From: an uncultured Gemmatimonas sp.
GTDB taxonomy: Bacteria; Gemmatimonadota; Gemmatimonadetes; Gemmatimonadales; GWC2-71-9
DNA: 64,000 bases
Assembly: GCA_964439025.1 (NCBI GenBank)
Contig: CAYTMW010000005.1
Coordinates: 90,671 to 154,670, forward strand
Direction: 5' to 3'
A model generated the notes under the pieces. That model was not told where the DNA came from. It saw only the letters and a list, made by a program, of their open reading frames with translations, and made no database searches. A program made the translations under genes and the position numbers. Shown in pieces: positions 27,009 to 37,372 of the stretch (positions within the stretch are counted from its first letter, which is position 1; each line of letters opens with the position of its first letter).

Positions 27009-27991
27009 GCCCGGCCACGGGCACTCTCGGCGTAGGCATCATCGGGGCGGGGGTGATGGGCAGGACGCATGCGGCTGCCTATCTCGCCGCGGGTGCCGCG
27101 GGGCTTCCCGTGACGCTTCTCGCGGTGACGGGGGATCATGAGACCGCCGTTCCGGGAAATCCTCCGCGGGCCCCCGATGCAAGATCGCTTCTGGCGCGGA
27201 GCGACATCCACGCGGTGAGCATCTGTACCTACACGGACAGTCACGTCGAGCTGGCGCTGGCCGCGCTCACCGCCGGCAAGCACGTCCTCGTGGAAAAACC
27301 GGTGGCGCTTCGGAGCCGAGAGGTCGAGCGCCTCGCTGCCGCCGCGCGCGACGCAGGTTTGGTCTGCATGCCCGCGATGTGCATGCGCTTCTGGCCTGGG
27401 TGGCCGTGGCTTCGCGACCGGGTGCTCGCGGGATCGTTCGGCGCAGTCCTCGCCGCAGAGTTCACCCGGCTCTCGCCCCGCCCCGCGTGGGGCGTCGAGT
27501 TCTATGGCGATTCCGGGCGGTCGGGAGGTGCGCTGTTCGATCTCCACATCCACGATGTGGATTTCATCCGGTGGTGCTTCGGCGATCCGACGCTGGTCAC
27601 CAGCGCCGGAAGCGGCCAGGATGTTCGCACATCATATCAGATCCCGGGCGGTCCGGCAGGGGTGTCCGCGCAGGGGGCGTGGCTGGACGATCCGGCGGCG
27701 CCTTTCACGATGCGCTACACCGTTCGCTTCGAGGAAGCGGAGGTCCGATTCGATCTTGGGGCCTCGTCGCCGCTTTCCGTGCGTTGCGGTGGGGTGAGCG
27801 ACGCCGTTGCTCTCACTCCGGAGCGCGCGTACGACGCCGAAGTTCGCCACTTCGTCGAGCGCGTCCTGGGCCGGGTTGCCCGCCCGGTCGCCACCATCGA
27901 GGAAGCGGTTACGGTCACCCGCATTCTCGAGGCCGAAGAACGGAGTCTCGCGACCGCCGGCTCCGTGGCGCCGTTCTCCCCCGCACGGTAG
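27005..27991 (+). CDS. Gfo/Idh/MocA family oxidoreductase
   Basis: GIIGAGVMG, HVLVEKP, SGGALFDLHIHD. Confidence 0.9.
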   Translation: MSPATGTLGVGIIGAGVMGRTHAAAYLAAGAAGLPVTLLAVTGDHETAVPGNPPRAPDARSLLARSDIHAVSICTYTDSHVELALAALTAGKHVLVEKPVALRSREVERLAAAARDAGLVCMPAMCMRFWPGWPWLRDRVLAGSFGAVLAAEFTRLSPRPAWGVEFYGDSGRSGGALFDLHIHDVDFIRWCFGDPTLVTSAGSGQDVRTSYQIPGGPAGVSAQGAWLDDPAAPFTMRYTVRFEEAEVRFDLGASSPLSVRCGGVSDAVALTPERAYDAEVRHFVERVLGRVARPVATIEEAVTVTRILEAEERSLATAGSVAPFSPAR

Positions 27992-28009
27992 GTTGGAGGT
28001 CTCATCTCC

Positions 28010-29155
28010 ATGCCACGCTCGCTCGGAATCGCCCTCATCGGCCAGCAGTTCATGGGCCGGGCCCACAGTAATGCGTGGGGCCAAGTCGCCAAGTTCTTCG
28101 AGCTGCCCATCGAGCCGCGGCAGATGACCATCTGCGCCCGCGACAAGGCCACACTCGGGCCATTCGCGCTTCGCTGGGGATGGGAGCGATACGCCACCGA
28201 CTGGCGGATTCTCGCCGACGATCCGGAGATCCAGCTGGTGGACGTCGCCACGCCCAATCATGTTCATGCCGAGCCGGCGATCGCCATGCTCGAGGCGGGA
28301 AAGCACGTCGCCTGCGAGAAGCCGCTGGCCGGCACCCTCCGGGATGCGCGCGCCATGAAGGAGGCCGCGCGCCGCGCGCCGGGGAAGACCTTCGTCTGGT
28401 TCAACTACCGAAGATGCCCCGCGGTTGGCCTCGCGTGGGCGCTGGTCAGGGAAGGCGCGCTGGGCAGGCTCTTTCACGTGCGCGCCCGCTATCTACAGAG
28501 CTGGGGCGGGAAAGACACACCGCTCCTCTGGCGATTCCGGAAATCCGAGGCCGGCTCCGGCGCGCACGGCGATCTCAACGCCCACATGGTCGACCTGGCT
28601 CGATTCATCAGCGGCGAGGAGATCAGCTCGATCGATGGCGCCGTGGCCCGGACGTTCATTACCGAGCGAAAGCTTCCCGGCTCCCGCCGTACGGGACGGA
28701 GCACCGTGGATGACGCGGCGCTCTTCCTCGCGACGATGCGCGGCGGCGCGCTGGCGAGCTTCGAGTGCTCCCGCGTCGCGACCGGTCATCTCAACGACAA
28801 CACGATCGAGCTCAACGGTGAGCGGGGCAGCCTCCGCTTTTCCTTTGAAGACATGAATGTGCTCTGGTACTTCGACGCGACGCTTCCCAAAGGCACGCAG
28901 GGGTGGCGCCGGATCATGTGCACCACGGCGGGAGAGCATCCCTACGTCGCGAGCTGGTGGCCCGAGGCACATCTGCTCGGCTACGAGCACGGATTCGTCA
29001 ACATGGCGGCGGATATCCTGCGGGTGCTGGGGCGCCGCCGCCCGGAACTTCCGCTCCCCGACTTTGCCGATGCCTATGAGACCCAGCGGGTGCTCGAAGC
29101 GGCGATGATCTCGGCCAGGGAGCACACGGCGGTCCCACTGCGAGAGGTCCGATGA
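28010..29155 (+). CDS. Gfo/Idh/MocA family oxidoreductase
   Basis: [33 protein letters not shown]. Confidence 0.92.
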   Translation: MPRSLGIALIGQQFMGRAHSNAWGQVAKFFELPIEPRQMTICARDKATLGPFALRWGWERYATDWRILADDPEIQLVDVATPNHVHAEPAIAMLEAGKHVACEKPLAGTLRDARAMKEAARRAPGKTFVWFNYRRCPAVGLAWALVREGALGRLFHVRARYLQSWGGKDTPLLWRFRKSEAGSGAHGDLNAHMVDLARFISGEEISSIDGAVARTFITERKLPGSRRTGRSTVDDAALFLATMRGGALASFECSRVATGHLNDNTIELNGERGSLRFSFEDMNVLWYFDATLPKGTQGWRRIMCTTAGEHPYVASWWPEAHLLGYEHGFVNMAADILRVLGRRRPELPLPDFADAYETQRVLEAAMISAREHTAVPLREVR

Positions 29156-30216
29156 CGCGCCCGGTCACGCTGTTCACCGGCCAATGGGCCGACCTCCCGC
29201 TCGAGACCCTCGCCGCCAAAGCCAGGGCGTGGGGCTATGACGGTCTCGAGCTTGCTTGCTGGGGCGATCACTTCGACGTTCGCCGCGCGCTCGAGGAGCG
29301 GGGGTATGTCCGGGCGAAATGGCAGCTGCTCCGCGACCACGGGCTTTCCTGCTTCGCGATCAGCAATCACCTGGTCGGCCAGGCGGTGTGCGACCGGATC
29401 GACGCGCGGCACCGGGCCATCGTACCGGCGCACGTGTGGGGAGACGGGGATCCTGAAGGCGTGCGGCGGCGTGCGGCAGGGGAGATGATCGGCACCGCAG
29501 GTGCCGCGCGGCGGTTCTTCGACGCGGCGCCGTCGCCCGTCAAGCGACACCTCGCCCGAACGGGACGCACGGTGGTGAACGGGTTCAGTGGCTCCAGCAT
29601 CTGGAGCCGGCTCTACTCCTTCCCGCCGAATCTGCCGGGCGACATCGACGCCGGATTCGCCGATTTTGCCGCGCGGTGGCGGCCGATTCTCAATGCGTTC
29701 GCGAAACTGGACGTCTTTTTCGCACTCGAGGTGCATCCCGCCGAAATCGCGTTCGACATCGCCTCCACCCGGCGCGCGCTCGCCGCGGTGAAGCACCACA
29801 AGCACTTCGGCTTCAACTTCGATCCGTCGCATTTCGGGTATCAGGGTGTGGATTATCTTGGATTTCTCCGTGAATTCGGCGCGCGGATCTTTCACGTCCA
29901 CGTAAAGGATGTGTGGTGGAGCCCCGTCCCCACCGAGGCCGGGACGTTCGGTGGCCACACCGAGTTCGGCGCGGCGGGACGCAACTGGGATTTCCGGACG
30001 CCGGGCCGGGGACGCATCCGCTTCGAGGAGATCGTGCGCGGCCTGAACCAGATCGGGTATGCCGGTCCTCTCTCGGTCGAATGGGAGGATTCCCACATGG
30101 ACCGCGAGCACGGCGCGGCCGAGGCTCTGGGATTCGTGCGGAAGCTCGATTTTCCGGCGGCGGGGCGGGCGTTCGATGCGGCGTTCATGCGCCGAGGCTC
30201 GAAGCGGATGGGTTAG
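29152..30216 (+). CDS. Sugar phosphate isomerase/epimerase (IolE/xylose isomerase-like TIM barrel)
   Basis: [43 protein letters not shown]. Confidence 0.9.
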   Translation: MTRPVTLFTGQWADLPLETLAAKARAWGYDGLELACWGDHFDVRRALEERGYVRAKWQLLRDHGLSCFAISNHLVGQAVCDRIDARHRAIVPAHVWGDGDPEGVRRRAAGEMIGTAGAARRFFDAAPSPVKRHLARTGRTVVNGFSGSSIWSRLYSFPPNLPGDIDAGFADFAARWRPILNAFAKLDVFFALEVHPAEIAFDIASTRRALAAVKHHKHFGFNFDPSHFGYQGVDYLGFLREFGARIFHVHVKDVWWSPVPTEAGTFGGHTEFGAAGRNWDFRTPGRGRIRFEEIVRGLNQIGYAGPLSVEWEDSHMDREHGAAEALGFVRKLDFPAAGRAFDAAFMRRGSKRMG

Positions 30217-30295
30217 GTTGTGCTGATCACGGACGCGAAAGTGTGGCGGAAACCAACGGGTTGACGAGATGGCCTTCCATACCGACCATAGGAAT

Positions 30296-32164
30296 ATGAA
30301 AAGACCGGCCTTGGCTTTTCTGGGATTGGTTTTGTCCGCCGCCGGCTGGAGTCCCGTGGCGCGCGAGGAGGCAGCGCGGGTCTCACCCAACGACAATCGC
30401 CGCCAGGCGGGGACGATGCGGGGCGACACCCTGGTGCTGCAGCTCATGGTCCGGACGGCGGAGTGGTATCCCGAAGCCGACAATGGGCCTCACATCATGG
30501 TCGAGGCCTTCGGGGAAGAGGGAAAAGCGCCGAGCATCCCGGCGCCGCTGATCCGGGTGCGCACCGGCACGCCGATTCGCGCCATGGTGCGGAACGCGCT
30601 CCCCGATTCCGCAATTCATGTCATCGGGCTGGGAACCCATCCGGTTCCACTCGCCGACACGGTCCACGTATCGCCGGGCGCCTCCACCGAAGTGATCTTC
30701 CGGGCCGGCGCGCCGGGGACCTACCTCTATCGCGCGGTGATCGGCAACAACCCTGACGGCCGTCCCTCGGAGCGCGAGACGGCGGCCGGCGCGTTCGTTA
30801 TCGACCCCGAAACCGGTTCGCCGCCGGACCGGATCTTCGTCGTGAACGTCATCGCCGAGGAGTCCGGCTCCAAATTCCGCCAGGCAATCACCTTCAACGG
30901 CAGGTCGTGGCCATTTACCGAGCGCGTTGCGCTGACGGTGGGCGACACGGCGCGGTGGCGAATCGTGAACGGCACCGCGCGGGGCCATCCGATGCATCTG
31001 CACGGCTTCTACTTCCGTCTGGACGCCGATGGCGACGGCAGATCGAGTCGGACCATACCGCCCGAAGGGCGGCGGCTCGGTGTGACGGAGCAGCTGCAGC
31101 CCTGGGGAACCCGACTACTTACCTGGTCGCCCGATCGGCCGGGGAATTGGCTCTTCCACTGCCACCTGATGTTTCACGTGACCGCCGAAGCGCGTCTCGA
31201 TCACGACGACACGCACGGCGCCGACGACCATTCCGCCGACCCCGCGAAACACATGGCGGGACTCGTGCTGGGCATTCCGGTGTCGCCACGCCCCGGCGAG
31301 TCGTACACCCGGAGCGGTCAGCCCCGCCGCCTCAACCTGTACTTTCACCAAGGGGGACGACGGGGCTCGATCCCGGTGACCTACAGCTACGTGCTGCAGC
31401 GCGGGGCGACACCGCCGGCGCCCGACTCAGTCGAGGTTCCCGGCTCGCCCATCGTAGTCACGCAAGGCACGGCGACCGACATCGTGGTACACAACCGCGC
31501 GCGCGAGGCGACGGGAGTGCACTGGCACGGTCTCGAGCTCGAGAGCTGGTCGGATGGCGTGGTCGGATGGAGCAGCCGAGGCACCGCGATGGCGCCGCCG
31601 ATCGTCCCGGGGGATTCCTTCATTGCCCGCCTCACGCTCCCTCGCGCGGGAACCTTTATTTACCACACCCATCTGAACGATGTGGCACAGGTCACCGGCG
31701 GCGCCGCGGGGGCGCTGATCGTGCTCCCGCCCGGGGAGTCCTTCAATCCGGCGCGCGATCACGTCTACCTCAGTCTCTGGCATGGCCCCCCGGCGAGGAG
31801 ACTCGAGCTGCCCGGGCTCCTCATCAACGGCGATTCGATGAGCTCGCCCGTGAAGGAGATCGCGGCCGGTGTGGTCCACCGGTTCCGGATCATCAACATT
31901 GGGGCGGCCGGGGTGGTGCGATACTCGCTCCGCGCCGACACCGCGCTCGTCCAGTGGCGCGCCCGGGCCAAGGACGGCGCCGATCTTCCCGAAGCGCTCC
32001 GGGTGATGCGCCCGGCGACGCAGCTCGTTTCGGTGGGTGAGACCTACGATTTCGAGTTTGTTCCTCCCCATCCAGGGGTGTACGAGTTTTTCGTGGTCTC
32101 CGTGCTGCCTCCCGGTGTGGTCAGGCCAGTCAAGCCCTGGCGCCAAACCCTCATCGTGCGGTGA
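30296..32164 (+). CDS. Multicopper oxidase domain protein (four cupredoxin domains)
   Basis: HPMHLHG, WLFHCHLMFH, VHWHG and FIYHTH motifs; signal peptide. Confidence 0.87.
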   Translation: MKRPALAFLGLVLSAAGWSPVAREEAARVSPNDNRRQAGTMRGDTLVLQLMVRTAEWYPEADNGPHIMVEAFGEEGKAPSIPAPLIRVRTGTPIRAMVRNALPDSAIHVIGLGTHPVPLADTVHVSPGASTEVIFRAGAPGTYLYRAVIGNNPDGRPSERETAAGAFVIDPETGSPPDRIFVVNVIAEESGSKFRQAITFNGRSWPFTERVALTVGDTARWRIVNGTARGHPMHLHGFYFRLDADGDGRSSRTIPPEGRRLGVTEQLQPWGTRLLTWSPDRPGNWLFHCHLMFHVTAEARLDHDDTHGADDHSADPAKHMAGLVLGIPVSPRPGESYTRSGQPRRLNLYFHQGGRRGSIPVTYSYVLQRGATPPAPDSVEVPGSPIVVTQGTATDIVVHNRAREATGVHWHGLELESWSDGVVGWSSRGTAMAPPIVPGDSFIARLTLPRAGTFIYHTHLNDVAQVTGGAAGALIVLPPGESFNPARDHVYLSLWHGPPARRLELPGLLINGDSMSSPVKEIAAGVVHRFRIINIGAAGVVRYSLRADTALVQWRARAKDGADLPEALRVMRPATQLVSVGETYDFEFVPPHPGVYEFFVVSVLPPGVVRPVKPWRQTLIVR

Positions 32165-32170
32165 TCGCCG

Positions 32171-32746
32171 GTGCCCTTATGCCTTCGATATCTGCCGTTC
32201 CTCGGCGCGGTGGCCTGCGCAACGCCGACACCTGTCCCGCCGGTACCGGCCGACGAATTCTGGATCCGGCTCACCGGGCTCTGCGGCAAGGCATTCGAGG
32301 GGAGAGTCGTCGAAGCGCCGGCCGGTGATACCGCATTCGCCAACCGCACGCTCGTGATGCACGTCCGCGACTGCGGCGCCGACTCGATCCGGATTCCCTT
32401 TCACGTCGGGACCGACCGCTCGAGGACCTGGGTGATCACCCGATCGGAGGGCGGGCTTCGCCTGAAGCACGATCATCGGCACGCGAACGGCTCTCCCGAC
32501 TCCGTCACCCAGTACGGCGGTGATGCTCGGCTGACGGGATCTCCGGGCGCCATGGAGTTTCCCGCCGATTCGTTCACCGCCGCCTTGATCCCACCGGCCC
32601 GATCCAACGTCTGGACCATCGAGGTGGATCCGGACCGACGCCGATTCAGCTACGCCCTCCGGCGGGAGGGAACCGATCGTCGATTCCGGGTGGAGTTCGA
32701 TTTGAGCCGGGCAGTGCCCGCACCGCCGCCGCCGTGGGGTTCATGA
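32171..32746 (+). CDS. Conserved hypothetical lipoprotein
   Basis: Lipobox AVAC; LCGKAFEG, MHVRDC, RSRTW, LRLKHDHRH..G, QYGG and PPPWG motifs. Confidence 0.75.
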   Translation: MPLCLRYLPFLGAVACATPTPVPPVPADEFWIRLTGLCGKAFEGRVVEAPAGDTAFANRTLVMHVRDCGADSIRIPFHVGTDRSRTWVITRSEGGLRLKHDHRHANGSPDSVTQYGGDARLTGSPGAMEFPADSFTAALIPPARSNVWTIEVDPDRRRFSYALRREGTDRRFRVEFDLSRAVPAPPPPWGS

Positions 32747-33738
32747 GCAGAAGAGGGAGGCGCGAGGTGCGGGCCTTGGCCGCCCTCCTCCTCAGCGGCA
32801 CTCTCGTGCAGTGCGCCTCCGTGGGACGGAGGGCGTCGATGATCTATATGGACGTCGCTGCCGAGCTCTCCCCCGAAAGGGTCAAGATCGAGTTCCGGCG
32901 CTCCTTTCTCGAGACCTACAAGAACCGGGTCACCATCGAGACCAACTTCACCGTCGATGCAGCAGCATCGTCGCCCAATCCGAGCGCGTTCGACGGGGAT
33001 CTTCACTTCGCGGGCCGCGCGCCGGAGATCGGCTTGCGCCTGGTCGCCGAGATCAAGAATGCCGCGCTGGCCGACAGCGCAGTGGCGCTGGCGCGGCGTG
33101 CGGCCGCGACCCGCAGGCCGGTTGCACTCACCGGCGTCTGGAGGATCTGGCCGGAGCATTCCCTCGGCGCGAGCGAGCAGCAGGGCCGCCCGATTCATCC
33201 GCTGAACAGCCCCTATCCCGATCACGTGTTCGAGATCCACCCGGTCACACGGATAGGCGGCATCAATCTGATTCAGACTCTCCAGGTCCTCGACGGATAT
33301 AAACCGGGGAGCGCCAAGCGGACCCTGGAGTCATATCAGGACGCCACGTGCAAGCTGACCGTCACGCCCACGACGGTCACCTTCGAAACGCCGACGTGGC
33401 TCTACAACGATGTCCATTTCGTCATGGAGATCACCGGCGCGACGCAGCTGGTCGTCGCTGACGGAAGATTCGTGACGGCCTCCGCGCGGGATACCGACGG
33501 CAATCTGCTCGTCGAAAGTCTTCGAATGGTGTTCGTCGGGGGAAGCTCGGCCGAACGCGCCGTCCGGACCCTGGCCCGAGGCGCGCGCCTGCACGTATGG
33601 GGGCTCCCCCGCCTCAATTTCGCGGAGCTGTCACGTCGAGCGGCGGAATCGGGGAAGAACCCCGCGCTGCTCGAGGGAGCGATGCCCTATGAGATCATCG
33701 TCCTCGGGATTTATTCCGACGACAAGGTGCGGCTGTGA
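32743..33738 (+). CDS. Hypothetical (lipo)protein with DGDLH and FEIHPV motifs
   Basis: Signal with LVQC; start overlaps the upstream stop (ATGA); natural composition. Confidence 0.65.
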   Translation: MSRRGRREVRALAALLLSGTLVQCASVGRRASMIYMDVAAELSPERVKIEFRRSFLETYKNRVTIETNFTVDAAASSPNPSAFDGDLHFAGRAPEIGLRLVAEIKNAALADSAVALARRAAATRRPVALTGVWRIWPEHSLGASEQQGRPIHPLNSPYPDHVFEIHPVTRIGGINLIQTLQVLDGYKPGSAKRTLESYQDATCKLTVTPTTVTFETPTWLYNDVHFVMEITGATQLVVADGRFVTASARDTDGNLLVESLRMVFVGGSSAERAVRTLARGARLHVWGLPRLNFAELSRRAAESGKNPALLEGAMPYEIIVLGIYSDDKVRL

Positions 33739-34304
33739 AGATCGCGTTCATCGGCTCGCACGGCGTCGGAAAGACGACGCTCTGCTACGATCTCGCCTCC
33801 CGCCTCAAGCGGCAGGACCGCGCCGTGGACTTGGTCAAGGAGGTCGCCAGGCGATGCCCGCTGCCGATCAACCGTGATACCACGCTCTCCGCGCAGGCGT
33901 GGATTCTTCACACCCAGATTGCGGACGAGGTCGCCGCCGTCGCCCAGAACGACATCGTGATCTGCGACCGGTCCGTTCTCGACAACTACGCCTATCTTGT
34001 CAATCAGGCAGGACGTCTGCCCGCCTACGACGCGCTCGTGACCGAATGGGTCAAAACCTACGACGGCCTGTTCAAGGTGCCGATCATCGACCCGCCAACC
34101 TTCGACGGCCAGCGCGACGTCAGCCAGACCTTTCAGCGGGACATCGACGCGATCATCGATCAGCTTGTCCACGACCTGGGCGTGACCTGCCACCGGCTCG
34201 AACCCGGCGGTCGGGAGGGGTGGGTCGATTCCGTGCTCAGGGAGAGCGGGCTTCCACTGCATCCGCCCCAGATAGACCTGTTTGCCGCCCCTAGGGTGAA
34301 CTGA
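33735..34304 (+). CDS. P-loop NTPase, NadR/AAA_28-like nucleotide kinase family
   Basis: GSHGVGKTT Walker A, EVAR, ICDRSVLD.YAY. Confidence 0.82.
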   Translation: MKIAFIGSHGVGKTTLCYDLASRLKRQDRAVDLVKEVARRCPLPINRDTTLSAQAWILHTQIADEVAAVAQNDIVICDRSVLDNYAYLVNQAGRLPAYDALVTEWVKTYDGLFKVPIIDPPTFDGQRDVSQTFQRDIDAIIDQLVHDLGVTCHRLEPGGREGWVDSVLRESGLPLHPPQIDLFAAPRVN

Positions 34305-34426
34305 GAACTGGCGTCGCCCTGCTCGGCATTGCTGCGAACCGCGGGACTGCCGATCTGCGCGGCAGCCTGGGGGATGGATCCGGCGATGAAGCCCAGCGCG
34401 AAGAGGAAGGCCAGGCGGCGAGTCAT
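34289..34426 (-). pseudogene. 5' remnant of a secreted Sel1-repeat protein
   Basis: GGAG Shine-Dalgarno and ATG at 34426; signal peptide MTRRLAFLFALGFIAG...AAA; then AEQGDASSQFTLG (start of a Sel1 repeat). Similarity stops where it meets the antisense P-loop gene. Confidence 0.55.
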
Positions 34427-34540
34427 AGGAGGCTCCACTGGGTTGGCAATACCACCTCGCCTACCATGCGCAGGAGGGATCGCAAGACCGTCAGAAGCTC
34501 GCGGCGTGCCGGTCGCCCCCCTCGGTGTCATATTCCCTCT

Positions 34541-36061
34541 GTGCCCACCGACATTCCCGCTGACCTCGCCGCCGCGCTCGCCGAGCGCTACGAGCTTCGT
34601 GGATTGCTCGGCCGCGGCGGGATGGCCACCGTTTACCTGGCCAATGACCGGAAGCACCATCGCATCGTCGCGCTGAAGGTGCTCAGGTCGGAGCTCGCGG
34701 CCACGATCGGTGCCGACCGGTTCCTCAAGGAAATCCAGATCGTCGCGCAGCTCACCCATCCGCACATCCTCCCGCTGCACGACTCCGGCGAAGCCGGCGA
34801 GTTTCTCTACTACGTGATGCCCCACATCAGCGGCGGCTCGCTGCGCCAGCGGCTGCTGGAGCACGGCCCCATGGACGCGGCGCGGGCGCTCGCAATCGCG
34901 GGACCGGTTGCCGATGCGCTCACCTATGCACACGGCATGGGAATACTGCACCGGGACATCAAGCCTGAGAACATCCTGTTTTCCCAGGGTCACGCGATCG
35001 TCGGTGATTTCGGCATCGCCAAAGCGGTGAGCTCGGCCTCCGAGACGCACCTGACCCGCACCGGGCTCGCCCTGGGCACGCCGGGATACATGAGTCCTGA
35101 GCAGGCTGCGGGAATGACCGACCTCGATGTCTGCACCGATGTCTACAGCCTCGCTGTGCTGATTTACGAGATGCTGGTCGGCGAAGTCCCTGGCCGCTGG
35201 CCCACCGAGGACGCCGTGCGCGCCGGAAGATTCCTCGAGGCGCCGCCGTTGCATCGGTCCCGGCTGGCCGCCACCGGTCTGGGCATCGAAGGCGCGCTGC
35301 TGCGCGGTCTCGCTATACGCCACGATCAGCGCACCGCATCACCCGCGGTGCTTCTCGCCGCGCAGCTCGAGGCGACGAATCCCACCAGCGCGGGCGCCAT
35401 GACGATCGGTGGCGTGGAGGCCCTCGGCGCCGAGGTGGGAATCGCTCCCGAGCTGGTGCGCTCCGCCGCCCGAAGGGCGTCGCGGCGGGACACCGGGTCC
35501 GTCCCCACGCCGATCCCGATCCCCGGCGACAATCGCTTCCTCGGCGGGCCGACCCGGGTGCTGATCGAGCGCATCGTCGACGGCGAGCTTCCGGACGGCG
35601 AGTTTCTCTACGTGGTGGAGGAGATCCGCCGCGCCATGGGCAACGCGGGCCATGTGACCCAGCTCGGCCGCTCCTTCACCTGGTCCATCGGGAAAACGGC
35701 GACGGGCTACGGCCGCACACTGGAAGTCAGCGTCAGCGTGCGGGCCGGCCGTACCAGGATTACGGTCGACGAGAACCTCGGCCACCTCGCGGGAGCGGTG
35801 TACGGCCCCATCGGCGGCGGCATGGGCGGCGGCGGCACGGGACTGATGGTGGGCATCATCGAAGGCGCGCTTCACATGCCCGCACTTCTGATTGCGGTGA
35901 TTCCTCTCTGGCTCCTGGCCACTTACGGAACCGCACGCGCCGCCTACTCCGGCACTTCCAAGCGCCGCCGCCGGGAGCTGGCTGAGCTGGTCGACCGACT
36001 GGCAGCGGTGATCGAGGGCGAGATCGCCCACGCCTCCCCCAAACTGCCGGAGCCCCGATGA
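34541..36061 (+). CDS. Serine/threonine protein kinase with C-terminal membrane domain
   Basis: GRGGMATV, ALKV, HRDIKPEN, DFGIA, GTPGYMSPEQ; C-terminal hydrophobic segments. Confidence 0.92.
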   Translation: MPTDIPADLAAALAERYELRGLLGRGGMATVYLANDRKHHRIVALKVLRSELAATIGADRFLKEIQIVAQLTHPHILPLHDSGEAGEFLYYVMPHISGGSLRQRLLEHGPMDAARALAIAGPVADALTYAHGMGILHRDIKPENILFSQGHAIVGDFGIAKAVSSASETHLTRTGLALGTPGYMSPEQAAGMTDLDVCTDVYSLAVLIYEMLVGEVPGRWPTEDAVRAGRFLEAPPLHRSRLAATGLGIEGALLRGLAIRHDQRTASPAVLLAAQLEATNPTSAGAMTIGGVEALGAEVGIAPELVRSAARRASRRDTGSVPTPIPIPGDNRFLGGPTRVLIERIVDGELPDGEFLYVVEEIRRAMGNAGHVTQLGRSFTWSIGKTATGYGRTLEVSVSVRAGRTRITVDENLGHLAGAVYGPIGGGMGGGGTGLMVGIIEGALHMPALLIAVIPLWLLATYGTARAAYSGTSKRRRRELAELVDRLAAVIEGEIAHASPKLPEPR

Positions 36062-37332
36062 GATCGAACGTTGGCCGTCTCTCGGTCATGATGTTCCTGC
36101 AGTACGCGGTCTGGGGTGCGTGGCTCCCGCTCGCCGCGCGCTACCTCACCGCAAGCACGGCGGAAGGCGGGCTCGGCTTCACCGGGACCCAGATGGGACT
36201 GATCCTTGGCCTCGCCGGCTCGATCGGTGCCATCGCCTCGCCCTTCATCGCGGGACAGCTCGCCGACCGCCACTTCAGCACGGAAAGGTTTCTCGCGGCG
36301 CTGCTCGCCATCGGCGGGGTGATCAAGTGGATGACGGCGTCGCAGACCGGTTACGGGGCCTGGCTGCTGCTCTCCATCGCCTACAGCGTCGTGTACATGC
36401 CCACGCTGGCCCTCTCCAATTCGATGGCCTTCGCCAATCTCGACGACCGGGAACGGCAGTTTCCCAAGGTGCGGGTCTGGGGCACGATCGGATGGATTGC
36501 GGCGAGCTGGATCTTCCCCATGATTTATCTGCAGAGCGGGCTGCATTTCCAGGCGATGCCGCCGTTCCTCGTTGGACCGGAGCTTCCCAACGTCACCGCG
36601 CGTCTGGCCGATTCTCTCCGCTTCTCGGCGCTGATCTCGTGGGGATACGCGCTCTTCTGTCTCACGTTGCCGCATACGCCACCACGCAAGGACGCGGTTG
36701 AGAAGCTGGCGTTCAAGAAGGCGTTCCGGCTGCTGCGCGAGCCGTCGTTCGCCGTCCTGATCGCCATCGCGCTGCCGATCAGCGTCATTCACCAGGTGTA
36801 TTTCCTTCAGACGCCGCCATTCCTTTCGCATCTCGGATTGCTGGACAGCCAGATCGGTCCGGCGATGACCATCGGGCAGTTCAGCGAGATCGTGATCATG
36901 GCGCTCCTCGGGGCCATGCTTGCGAGACTGGGATTTCGAACCGTAATCACCCTCGGCGCGGCGGCGTATTTCGTCCGCTACATGATCTGGAGCTTCACCT
37001 CGCTTCCGGTGCCGGTGCTGGTCGCCAGCCAGGTGCTGCACGGCATCTGCTACGCCTGCTTTTTCGCCTCGGCCTTCATCTACACCGACCGGGTCGCGCC
37101 GGTGGATGTTCGCCATTCGGCCCAGACGGTGTTCGGCATCATCATCCTGGGAGGAGGGCCGGTGCTGGGCGGTCTCCTCTCGGGATGGCTGGCGGACACC
37201 TACGCGCAATCCGGCGGGGTAGTCGATTATGGAGCACTGTGGCGGGTCGTGTCCTTCATCGGGCTCGCCGCGGCCATCCTGTTCTGGGTCGCCTTCCGGG
37301 AGCGGAAAGCGGCCGATACGGTGACACCCTGA
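36058..37332 (+). CDS. MFS transporter, nucleoside:H+ symporter (NupG/XapB)-like
   Basis: LSVMMFLQYAVWGAW, ADRHFS.ER, FPKVRVWGTIGWI, GQFSEI; multiple TM helices. Confidence 0.9.
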   Translation: MRSNVGRLSVMMFLQYAVWGAWLPLAARYLTASTAEGGLGFTGTQMGLILGLAGSIGAIASPFIAGQLADRHFSTERFLAALLAIGGVIKWMTASQTGYGAWLLLSIAYSVVYMPTLALSNSMAFANLDDRERQFPKVRVWGTIGWIAASWIFPMIYLQSGLHFQAMPPFLVGPELPNVTARLADSLRFSALISWGYALFCLTLPHTPPRKDAVEKLAFKKAFRLLREPSFAVLIAIALPISVIHQVYFLQTPPFLSHLGLLDSQIGPAMTIGQFSEIVIMALLGAMLARLGFRTVITLGAAAYFVRYMIWSFTSLPVPVLVASQVLHGICYACFFASAFIYTDRVAPVDVRHSAQTVFGIIILGGGPVLGGLLSGWLADTYAQSGGVVDYGALWRVVSFIGLAAAILFWVAFRERKAADTVTP

Positions 37333-37372
37333 GCTGTGCAAACCCTGCGAACCCGGCCGGCATCACAGTAAC

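Noticed and set aside
35320-35400. Possible internal deletion between the kinase domain and the C-terminal domain
   Set aside because: The linker looks short but the frame is intact; this cannot be supported without an alignment.
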